Assembly (NCBI GenBank): GCA_963786955.1
Contig: CAWBAT010000003.1
Coordinates: forward strand, 64,001 to 128,000
Direction: 5' to 3'
Length of the DNA: 64,000 nucleotides
From: an uncultured Acidimicrobiia bacterium
GTDB lineage: Bacteria > Acidobacteriota > Terriglobia > Versatilivoradales > Versatilivoraceae
The notes under the pieces are model-generated. The model saw only the letters and a list, made by a program, of their open reading frames with translations, was not told where the DNA came from and did not search any database. The position numbers and the translations under genes were made by a program. Positions 25,348 to 35,097 of this stretch are shown here, piece after piece (the stretch's first letter is position 1; each line of letters opens with the position of its first letter).

Positions 25348-25674
25348 TTTGAAATTTGAAAAGCGGAATGGGTCACTAAATTCTAGATCAGGTTGTAGGA
25401 ATTGTACGTGGTTGGATGCGGATTACCTTCCCCCCCGAATGAATGGGGTCGAAGTCGATTAGTGGATTGTGATCGTGGCGAAGTGCGGATAACGGAACTC
25501 TATTCCAAAAAGTTGCCTACCAGGGAGAGAAGATTCGAAGGTGCAGGAATAATTAGAGCTGTTCGGACGATCCCCTGATGAACAGCCCAGCTCTCTTCCA
25601 AAACGATCATACGTTTTCTCATTTGTTGTACCCGGTTTGCAGATCATTCTGCAAACCCCTATTTGGCCTCAATC

Positions 25675-26397
25675 TCAGGCTGTGGCTGTCCGGATGGTTT
25701 TGCGACGACGAGCTCGCTTGATTCCATATTTCGTCATTTTGTTATAGAGAGTCCGACGTGGAATCTCCATGAACTGAGATGTGCGGGTAACATTCCAATG
25801 ATTCTTTTCAAGAATCGCAGTCAATTGCTGACGCTCAATCTCGTCAATCGTCCGCTCAGCCAAAAAATCGCTTACTGATATCGTCGGTACTTTCAGATCC
25901 ATATCAGGGAATTTCTGCCCATGCAGCAGCGCCTTCGTCACCAATTTCCCAAACCGAACCAATCTTTCTTTATCGAGAGAAGTGAATAATCGGGCATTCG
26001 TCGTGCTGTCGAGATAAAGAATCCCACAAAAGGATCCATCGACGCGCAAGGGAACGGAAGCCAACGAGAGGGTATCGATCCACTTGAACGCCGCAGTCTT
26101 TCGAAACTTCTCTTCCTTGCGAGTGTCGGGAATATAAATGACATTCGGATTGTTGCGGAGCTCTGCCAGATAATGGTTACAGACTACTTCGATCGTCTTA
26201 ATGGACGCCGGATCCCCTCCAATAAAGGCTCTCGGATCCAAATTTCCTTCTGCATCTAAGACGAAAATAGCGCCTCGCTCAGAGTTTGACATCTTGACAA
26301 CCACAGACAAGAGCTTCTGGAGCAGCTTCCCCGGGACTAAAATACTCTCTACCAAATCCGATATTTGATCAATCAGCTCAATTTTGGTTTCCTTCAT
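25675..26397 (-). CDS. GAF domain plus Fis-type HTH regulator, no AAA+ domain
   Basis: GAF motifs SERGAIF, SLASVPL and GILYLDS...FTSLD. C-terminal EIERQQLTAILEKNHWNVTRTSQFMEIPRRTLYNKMTKYGI. RBS ggggga upstream. Confidence 0.85.
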   Translation of the reverse strand: MKETKIELIDQISDLVESILVPGKLLQKLLSVVVKMSNSERGAIFVLDAEGNLDPRAFIGGDPASIKTIEVVCNHYLAELRNNPNVIYIPDTRKEEKFRKTAAFKWIDTLSLASVPLRVDGSFCGILYLDSTTNARLFTSLDKERLVRFGKLVTKALLHGQKFPDMDLKVPTISVSDFLAERTIDEIERQQLTAILEKNHWNVTRTSQFMEIPRRTLYNKMTKYGIKRARRRKTIRTATA

Positions 26398-26671
26398 GGA
26401 CTAATTTCCCCCTTTTCTTCACGGAATTTGTGATTATCATATTCCCTGTGCAAGAACCGACACGGTATTATACCATTTGAACAGCCTCTCTTAAAAACAA
26501 CCCATTTCTTTGAAGACTCTTTCTTGATCGGAAAACTGAAGAACCAGGAGCTATTCGAAAGGAGAACGGAAGTAATGATCCGCGCCCCATAGTCTGCTAG
26601 ATCAACGTTCCGAGTACCCCGTATTTTACACCTAATTAACTTTCCACAATCAACAATAAAAAGGAGAAAAA

Positions 26672-27334
26672 ATGAGATCGAAAAACGTAGTTCTCATCAT
26701 TGGGTTAGTGTTTCTTGGAATATGTGCTAAAAATAGCACCTGTTTAGGTAAGGTAATAAGCACACAAGCGTCACCACTTTCTCGATACGCCGGACCGAAC
26801 TCGATCGGCCCGTCCAAGCTTTTTGCTGGGCCTGAATTGACACGATCTGCCGAATTGACAGTTCGAGACGGCTCTGAGGGGATTCCGCCACAAGCTCTTT
26901 TGATCAGAGATGGCTCCGAAGGGATTCCGCCACAAGCTCTTTTGATCAGGGATGGTTCGGAGGGGATTCCGCCACAAGCTCTTTTGATCAGGGATGGTTC
27001 GGAGGGGATTCCGCCACAAGCTCTTTTGATCAGGGATGGTTCGGAGGGGATTCCGCCACAAGCTCTTTTGATCAGGGATGGTTCGGAGGGGATTCCGCCA
27101 CAAGCTCTGTTGATCAGAGATGGCTCTGAGGGGATTCCGCCACAAGCTCTTTTGATCAGGGATGGTTCGGAGGGGATTCCGCCACAAGCTCTTTTGATCA
27201 GAGATGGCTCTGAGGGGATTCCGCCACAAGCTCTTTTGATCAGGGACGGCTCCGAAGGGATTCCGCCACAAGCTCTTTTGATCAGAGATGGCTCTGAAGG
27301 GATTCCGCCCGTTGCAAATTTGAGCATTGGTTAG
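26672..27334 (+). CDS. Secreted multi-copy peptide precursor (signal peptide, pro-region, 11 x RDGSEGIPP)
   Basis: RBS aaggag at 26661-26666, N-terminal MRSK plus a hydrophobic stretch, and synonymous-only repeat variation in this frame. Confidence 0.85.
   Translation: MRSKNVVLIIGLVFLGICAKNSTCLGKVISTQASPLSRYAGPNSIGPSKLFAGPELTRSAELTVRDGSEGIPPQALLIRDGSEGIPPQALLIRDGSEGIPPQALLIRDGSEGIPPQALLIRDGSEGIPPQALLIRDGSEGIPPQALLIRDGSEGIPPQALLIRDGSEGIPPQALLIRDGSEGIPPQALLIRDGSEGIPPQALLIRDGSEGIPPVANLSIG
26864..27310 (+). repeat. 42-bp tandem repeat, 10 full units plus 1 partial
   Basis: Unit (a/c)g(a/g) ga(t/c) gg(c/t) tc(t/c/g) ga(g/a) ggg att ccg cca caa gct ct(t/g) ttg atc, counted by hand. Confidence 0.97.
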
Positions 27335-27484
27335 ATCTGGGTTAGAGAGTTAGCTAATTGCTGGTAGAATCGCTCTCGTATTTCTTCAAGTCGCAGGGGC
27401 TTCCAGGAAAATCCTCACGTGGGGCAGGGAAGATTCCGACGAATCTTCCTTTGCCCTAACAAGGATATACGGGATTATCAGGGT

Positions 27485-28198
27485 ATGAGCGGACTCCAGC
27501 AGGCAATCGCAACGATTGGTCAGGTGATTCACTTTTTTCTCCTCCTGATTGGATTACGTCACCAACGGTTCCGGAGGTGTATTACCTTCTATTTATACCT
27601 ACTGGTCTCATTCATTTCCTCTATTGTGATTTCTTATCTTGTAAGCGAAAAAGAGTTGAGGAGGCAACTTTACTACCTCAAAGAGTTTCTATTGGATTTG
27701 ATTAAGATTGGAATGCTCATTGAGTTAAATAAGAATATTTTTGGTTTTTTCCCGAAAGTCCAACGGTCCAACCGAGCCTTATTTGGCATAACAGGCATCC
27801 TGTTTGTTGTCTACGCGTTTGCGTTGCCTGCGGAATCCAGAACTTGGTGGGGGTCTCTTCCCTTTGATTTACACTCTAAAGTGTTGCAAACTACGTGCTT
27901 AGCCTACTTGATGATGGTGTTTTCAGCGCTTTATTATCGCATTGAGGTCGCAACAGATTATAAGTTTCTGCTGGTTGGATACTTGTTTTCGCAACTGCCT
28001 GTTGCTCTAGGGTTTGCCTATGTTGCAATCGCTGGGGAGGCCGCAAGGAATAGAGTGAGTCTATTGAACTCTATATTCTTTGTGCTTGCAATGGTCGTCT
28101 GGACGAGAGTATATTGGGCAAATGATAAGGATACTGATTCCCCTGATATTATTGGCCGTGGGGTGGATCTTCCTGTTTCTTTTAGGGCGCCGGAATGA
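27485..28198 (+). CDS. Seven-TM integral membrane protein of unknown function
   Basis: About 237 aa from MSGLQQ, with seven hydrophobic segments by eye and a short polar tail. No kinase or enzyme motif. Confidence 0.75.
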   Translation: MSGLQQAIATIGQVIHFFLLLIGLRHQRFRRCITFYLYLLVSFISSIVISYLVSEKELRRQLYYLKEFLLDLIKIGMLIELNKNIFGFFPKVQRSNRALFGITGILFVVYAFALPAESRTWWGSLPFDLHSKVLQTTCLAYLMMVFSALYYRIEVATDYKFLLVGYLFSQLPVALGFAYVAIAGEAARNRVSLLNSIFFVLAMVVWTRVYWANDKDTDSPDIIGRGVDLPVSFRAPE

Positions 28199-28844
28199 AC
28201 GTAAAGTGCGCTCAGAATGGCACGCCCTGCTAAGTCCTCGAGGACAAATTCTATTCGAATCTGCCCGCAAAGAAGTTGAATCCCATTCCTTAATGCTGGA
28301 TGTAGCCATGAACGAAGCGTTAAGCATCAAGAAATTGGGTGATATTGATGAAGCCATCCGATTCTTGAATATAGGTTGTGAGGTCATTGAAAGATTTACT
28401 CCAGATCTTCTTTCTCTGCTATCCGTCATGGCTAAGTTTTCAAGGATGGTTAGCGCCATAGCACCTGTTGAACCGCTTGTTCCCAAGGATTTTCATCTGG
28501 CAGAGTTAGTCAGTTTGGCGCACCTTCACAGGTTAATGAACCAGGTCGTTGTCTCTACAAAACAGCGATTTCGCATGAGAATTTACATCCTCGGCAAGGG
28601 AATATCGATCGCCAGCCGTTATTTGATTTCCAAGATCAAGGATATCGTCGTGACCAAAAGCCAGGACCAGAAGGAATGGCGGGAAATTGTTGAAATCGAG
28701 CAAGATTTCAATACACTGTCACGCGAGTCTCTGCAGAGTTTTCGTACTCTTCTCGAAGTCTTGTCTGGCGAAGATGCTCGGAGGTTATCGCAAGACCTGT
28801 GTATTAAGACCGCTTCAACCCGCCAGACAAATCACGTCGCATAA
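28122..28844 (+). CDS. N-terminally membrane-anchored alpha-helical hypothetical protein
   Basis: MIRILIPLILLAVGWIFLFLLGRR anchor followed by about 215 aa of charged amphipathic helices. It overlaps the 7TM gene by 77 nt. Confidence 0.72.
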   Translation: MIRILIPLILLAVGWIFLFLLGRRNERKVRSEWHALLSPRGQILFESARKEVESHSLMLDVAMNEALSIKKLGDIDEAIRFLNIGCEVIERFTPDLLSLLSVMAKFSRMVSAIAPVEPLVPKDFHLAELVSLAHLHRLMNQVVVSTKQRFRMRIYILGKGISIASRYLISKIKDIVVTKSQDQKEWREIVEIEQDFNTLSRESLQSFRTLLEVLSGEDARRLSQDLCIKTASTRQTNHVA

Positions 28845-29198
28845 TTTCCTCTACCCTAGCAGGGCTTTCCCTACGCTCGTCAATCTTTCCAGTCCCTGAC
28901 ATTGAAACTATCCCCAATTTGCCAGTTCATGATGGCCAGTTATAGCACTCCGATTTCAATGGATGTGCCAAGAATAGATCAAATATTCGTAAGCTATCTA
29001 TGGTAGATTCCGATAACTTTCTTGTGCCTTATAAATGACCAAGGAAGTTCTATGCAAAATTCTTCCAGGCTTCACTCAATGTTCTTTAGCCGAAATTGAG
29101 GAGGCGGAAGTTCTGGTCATTAAAAGTAGTGTGAAACTGTTTCGTGATCAGACATGTTTTGGCACACGAGTGAATAGTGCCGAGAGAATAGGAAATTT

Positions 29199-29986
29199 GT
29201 GAGTGAGTCGAGACTTAAAATATTGGTTGTCGACCATGAAGATGCGGAATTTTTGCGCGCTTCCGTAAGTCTCTTTGGCGAAGCGGGGTTCAATGTTGAC
29301 TCATGTTCCGATTGGGACGCCATGCAAAGGAAACTCAACCCCTCGGTTCGGACTACGGATATTCTGATTATGGACATTACCTGTTTTCAAGACCGGGATA
29401 GCTACCTCCTGTTGATGGAACTCCGGGGAAAAGAATATACCAAGGACCTGAAGATCATTCTCACAACAGATACCCTTGTGGAGGAGTTATTGCTGCGGAC
29501 TCGTCGAGAGTTGGGAATTGTCGCCTCGTTTAATAAGAAGCGGCCTGTAGAGGAACTACTCTACGTCCTCACGAACATTTTTCCGCCCAGCGGTGAAAAT
29601 TTGCGACGCTCCCGAAGGGTCCCGGCTCGTTTCTTGGTCCAATCCTCTTTGGAGGGTAAGACCAAAGTACTCTGTGCAAGGAATCTAAGTCGAGACGGTA
29701 TTTTCGTTGAAAACCATATCCCCGACCCGGTTGGAACTGCGGTTGAACTTTCGTTTACCCTCCCGGGAGAAGCTCCAAACTGCTTGTCAAAGCGAGAGTT
29801 GCCCGGGCGACTGCTGGCTCTCAAGTTACAAAACAAGAAGTATTCCCAGCCGGGAATGGGTTTGAATTTGTTGATGTTTCTGACGTTGACGCTCGCTTCT
29901 TGAAAGAATACTTGGAGCATGAGGAATTGAGAATCTTTGGTTCTGATGAAGAGCCCAGTCCAACGCAAGCCTACACTGGGACATAA
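29199..29986 (+). CDS. Response-regulator receiver plus PilZ domain protein, frameshift near 29780
   Basis: REC motifs KILVVDHED and DILIMD. PilZ motifs RRSRRVP and NLSRDG, continuing LVKARVAR...GNGFEFVDV...LKEYL in another frame. Confidence 0.82.
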
Positions 29987-30116
29987 TTCGAAAGCGGAGC
30001 TGACGCAACAGGGCTAGTCTTGCGGGGATGATAGGGGATTGCAAATCATCGATGGGTTCATAGAGTTCCTAACCTTTCTGGTATACCGTTCCCGGCTTTC
30101 TCCAATGCCTCCATCC

Positions 30117-32164
30117 CTACACTCCTCCAGCGAAGTGGAATAACCCGAGTCGTCCAACATGGAAGCGATTCACATTCAAAGCTCCAGAGCCATAAAGATT
30201 GGCCATGGTCATTCCACAAGGTGACGTGGATCGATGGAAATTTGGGTTGTGCGTCGCTGGCAAATTCAACAATGGGCCAGGCTTGCGGAATTCGCCCGCC
30301 ATTTCACCGAGCAGATCCCGTTTGAAATACTGACCCGTTGCCGCCCGAGGGGTATTTCCTGAAAAAGACCACTTCAGGGTGAGCGCATTAATGTCAACTT
30401 CGATGTTCATATCGGCATAAGCACCAGTCTTGTCGAAGCCGAAATACTTCTGCCATGCTTCCAAATCCAGAATTAAGGGTGGCGTAACCAAGAAAGCCAA
30501 TTCAGCCCGCGACCCAATGGCTGTGTCTCTTCCATCACCTCGCCCCAATCTTTCTGATAGAGGTTTCCCTCCACGGTGTTGTCAGGATTAGAAAGGTCGA
30601 TAGCCTTGCCACAGTGGTAGAAGACATTGTCTAAGACTTTATTCCGGCGCGTCGTGCCGCCACGCGGTCCGACGATCCGCCCCTCGATGTTCCTAAATTT
30701 GATGCCAGCGTCCTGGGTATAGCCGATCAAGTTATGGGCGATAATAGTTTCGTCGCTCCCATCCACTGTGATCCCCCATCCGCCATGGGGAGACATGTTG
30801 GGTGAACCTCCGCCCTTGCCTTCGGTCGCCTTCCAAATGATGTTGTTATCCAGCATGTTGGGGAATTGCGAGGCTTCCAGATAGATTCCGCCTCGCAGAG
30901 TTTCCAGGTTGTCACCCATCACGTTCCCAGTGACCCTTGTATTCGTATTCTTATAGTCGAGCCAGATCGCTTCCGCATGGACCGTATGGCGAATGACATT
31001 GTTCCGCAACAGACAGTCCTTGGTTAATGTAGTTTGATGCCTCCCGTCTCCCAAGATAACTCCACGTCCTGATAACCCACTTGTTCGATGAGGTTCCCTT
31101 CGACAAGCGTATCCTGCACGCCCATCCCTGCTAGCCCGCACACACCGGCGTCAATGATGTGATTTCGGCGCACAATGCTGTGCCCAATAACCTCAGGGTA
31201 TTCCATATCCCAATCCTGCGCACCGATATCGAGTGCGACACTATTGGCGTGCCGCAGCACGCAATCCTCGAAGATCCAGAAATTCCCGCGGCTTGCTGAC
31301 ACCATTCCCCGCTGCGGGACCGGAAACGCGTTGGCAGCGTGTTCAAAGGCGATACCTTTCACCCGGATGTAACTCAGTCCCCGCGTCCGTGGGGCCAGTA
31401 TCTGCTCCTGGATTGTCAACTCGATCTCGTGCTGGGCAGGGTCAGCATCCCCGGAAAGCCGCAGATGGATTGTCAAGCCCGTCGTGCTCACACCAGAAGG
31501 CTCCGTCTTTCTTAGCGAGCTCCTGATAGAGTTCTACTTGCTCCAGCCGCTTCCCATCGACGAAAACCATCCCACGCCGAAGCAGGTGCTGTCTCAACTC
31601 TTCCGGCTTGGGCTTCAAGTACACACGGTCTTGCATAATGTTTACCATGCCAAAGGGGTTGTAGCCCTGGAAATCAAGGTCGTCCAGACGTCGCTCGTAA
31701 ATTTTCACTATGGAGCGAGGCGGCGGGTGAGGGCCCAACTTGTAACTTGTGGAAATTGCCCAACCGGTCTTCACTAGCCGAGAACCTTTGATCATCACAT
31801 TTGCGCCAGGAGCAGATTCGTAACTGATCATCTTGTCGGGGCCAGTGCCGCCGCGTCTTGGATCCACAAACTCCCGATAGACGCCACTCATGATCACCAC
31901 TCGCTCGCCGGGTTGCAGTACCTGTGCAGCTTTGTTTACGGTGGAAAAAGGCAGTTCTGTCGTGCCCGGGTTCGTGTCACTTGCGCGAGGGTTTCTATTG
32001 TCCACATAGTAGGTCCTGGAAAATTGGAGCGGTTTTTCCCAGGAAACAAACTCTCGCCCGTCAGGCAGCAGCACACCGGTACCCGTTGGCCCGGCAGTTA
32101 ATGATCCACCAACGAGAATTCTTAGACTGAGGGCAGCAACAAGCAGCATTCGCCAGCTAATCAT
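30117..32164 (-). CDS. Secreted right-handed beta-helix protein (DUF1565-like N-terminus), frameshifted
   Basis: YYVD...ASDTNPGT..PFSTVNKAA..LQPGE...GVYRE, GGIKLH, and AIWLD with parallel beta-helix Asn ladders. Confidence 0.82.
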
Positions 32165-32771
32165 TGCAGGCAGTTCTACTTGAGGTTTTGTCTGGGACAG
32201 GTATTTCACGCCGGGGATTTGCAGGAGTTTCCTGTTGCCGGGTTTTTGTTTCATTGGATCGCGAGCTCCTTTTGAGGCGTAAACCGCAAGACATTTATTG
32301 GTTTATCGTTGTTAATGCAAGCTTCTGCCAGCGTGATTTCAGTCTAAAGAAGCATTCAGTTCATCTTTTGCTAATGCAGCGGAAGCCTGATTTCATATCT
32401 TCGAGCAGTTTGGGGACATTAATGACAGCTTTGGAGAGTTCTCTCCTTAGGGTTAGATGCGGAGAGTGGACATTCAAAACCCCTGCTCTTGACTCTGGCT
32501 TCGCTTTCGGCAAGGTCATTTGCCGCGGCGAAGAAGTAAAGAAGAGAATATGATGTTTTCAATAGAGGTTGCAATCTTTAGCTGAGAAAAGGAGATAGAA
32601 TTTATTGTCGGATAAGGGGTGTGCGCGCACAGGGAAGGAATATTAGTTCCGCCCCACAGTTATCGAAATGTACAATAATAAGATTTGAAAATTAGACCGG
32701 CAATTCTCAGTCAATCCCATGGATAATATTCTTGAATCACGTAAATGATAGCCGAGGGGCTTTACTTTAAA

Positions 32772-33830
32772 ATGCTATTCTCCGCTCGGAGAAATCTAAT
32801 TTTTCCGTTTCTGGTTATCGGAGCTGTCTCTCCTTGCCAGTCTGATTCTCATAGAGTCAGCCTACCGGATTCAGGTAATCGACTTCTACCGTCCGGAATT
32901 GATCGCCTTTAATTCAGACAACGATCTCCATGATTCCTCCCAAAAGCCAACGTTACTTGTTTTTGGAGACTCTTTTTCAGCTTGGAACGAATCCTATCTC
33001 AACAGTTTGCGAACTCAGTTGCATTGCCTCAGGATCATCAACTCCAGCATTTCGGGTTCTGGGATTGTTCAGGCCTCCTAATCGCTAAATCAAGAATTCA
33101 ACAGTTTCGGCCGTCCAAGTTGATGGTCCAGATTTATGTCGGCAATGATTTGTTTGATATCACTTATCCGACCAACTGGAAAACTCTCTCTCTGATTCAG
33201 AAATATTGTATTGGGGAAGCTTCTAATAATTTTCGTTCTCTGGCATTTATTAATTACCGTTTGGGCCAGGTTAATGCAAGGGCATTGGCCACCGGGCTAT
33301 CGGCCCTACCAGCCCCAAAATCCGTTTATCGCAAGTCATGAAGAATTTTCACCAGACAAGTTTCAGAACAATGAAAAATTGATTCTTAATAGCTGATCCG
33401 CGATTGATCGAGAAAGAGATTCTTCTTCTCGACGATCGTATCAAGGATTTTGATTTCCTAGTGAAGAAGCTCCAATGGATCGCTTCCATTAAAGCGCCAG
33501 ACTGTACTCTCTATCTTCTGGTAATCCCCCATTCATGTCAGGTCAGCCAGGCTTACCTCGAGAGAACGAAAAGGTTGGGTGCGAAGTTTGAAAACCAGAC
33601 TGGATCGAGCAAAATGAGTATCCCTTTGTCCAACAACTGCGGCAAAGAGTCAAAGAGGCCATTGTTATCAATCCCTTGAAGAGTATTCAAGAAGCGGAAA
33701 ATCGGGATTCCTCTGTATTTGGCCCAATGATATTCACCTCAATCCCAATGGGAATGAAGTTCTGGCCAATTACGTCTCAGCCATTTTAATGACCGATCAT
33801 CAACGAACTGAATGTGCGTCCAACCAATAA
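32772..33830 (+). CDS. SGNH/GDSL hydrolase-like protein, heavily frameshifted
   Basis: VFGDSF, NSSISGSG, YVGND and DIHLNPNGN blocks. Confidence 0.75.
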
Positions 33831-34176
33831 ACTCATGACAACAGACTGCCATCCTTACTTTGCTCGTTTCCCGCGAGAACGGTCATTCACAGCTTCTTGT
33901 CTAAACAATAATCGAAGCTCGCGGCAACGGTGAAACTGAAAGTTGGGTTCAAGCCAAATCCATTCATCATCTTGTATTCTCGGCAAAGCTGATGAGGTGA
34001 GATCAAAGCTGCGCCAGAGTTTGGAACGCCGTTTAGGAAAAGGTAATTTGAGAGAAATTCGAGAAGAGTGTAAGCTAAGAGATGTAGGGTGAGTTCACCC
34101 TGGTTAGGATTGCACCTGCGCTGTCTGTCCGAGACCCTCATCCAATGGATAGTCGATTTCATATGGGAACTGAAAA

Positions 34177-35097
34177 ATGAAGTTTCGGCGGTTAATGACG
34201 ATCCTGACTCTCATCCTAATCGCAACCCTTCCAAGTCTAGGCCAGCACCAGCCACCCCTGCCATTCTCATTCCGCCCACAGCTTCGACTCCTGCATCCAA
34301 TGATGAAATTCTTGCAGACGGAATTGATCAGGATGCAGATGGAATTGAGCCGCATTGCCCAGGACATGGACTCCGTTGATGCCAAGATGATGCTGGGAAT
34401 CGCCAACATAGCCTCCAGTGGAAATCCCAAGACTATCTCGGAGGCTCACGAATTGCTCTTCGGCTTACGGTGCGAGCCGTACGATCAAGGTTTTTACCGA
34501 TCCTGCGGGTAATTCCATCAAGTGGGAATCGTGTGTGAAGACCAGCAAACTATATATGGGTCTCTTTGACAAGGTCTTCGAGCTCATGAAGGCCGCAAAC
34601 CGCGCAATGAAAGAACTCTGACGGCTTCATCGGTCGCCGGCGGAATCCCCAGAACTGGTTCAACTCGTATTTCTAGCAAGAATGATGACAGAACTGCAAT
34701 TGCGCTGTTCAGAGTTGCAGTCTCAACTGATGAAAACCCCAGATGCTAAGGAGCAAGGACTCTGGCGTGGATTGCGCGAGGCTATTCAAAATGATGACCG
34801 GTCTTACCTGGACAGGTTAATGTACTCTTGACTCAGTCGGGTATGTCCATGCCCCAATTTGCGGCAAGAGTGGTCCTCGAAGTACAAAAGACGAATCACA
34901 CGGCAGCTGCCACCGTTGTCGAAGGAATGGCGATTGTCAATTCCGGGGAGGATATCTGGAGGTTATCTGAGATTCCGGAGATCAATCCTGAATTTCATCC
35001 GGTCTCTCGATTGCGACAAAAAAGCAATGAAGGATTTCATTGCAACAGGTTCCGATACCGCTTTCCTTCAGGTCCAAAAGTGCAGGAAATCTGCTGA
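34177..35097 (+). CDS. Secreted hypothetical helical protein, fragmented
   Basis: Signal peptide MKFRRLMTILTLILIATLPSLG followed by consecutive + strand ORFs. Confidence 0.45.

Noticed and set aside
26864-27310. CRISPR array
   Set aside because: The units are contiguous 42-mers with no unique spacers, the variation is synonymous codon change, and there are no cas genes in the window.
26650-27327. Antisense ORFs (GGIPSEPSLIKRAC)n and (WRNPLRTIPDQKSL)n as the real gene
   Set aside because: These are shadows of a stop-free repeat. They have no good RBS or signal peptide and show non-synonymous changes, unlike the + frame.
27485-28198. Microbial rhodopsin or CAAX protease
   Set aside because: No Lys in TM7 and no EExxxR/H motifs are visible.
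26672-28844. Classical RiPP cluster (lasso peptide, graspetide, cyanobactin, lanthipeptide)
   Set aside because: No cyclase, ATP-grasp, YcaO, Lan enzyme, RRE or peptidase-transporter is nearby, and the precursor has a Sec-like signal rather than a leader. The radical SAM gene is about 17 kb away in another context. Trans-acting enzymes cannot be excluded.
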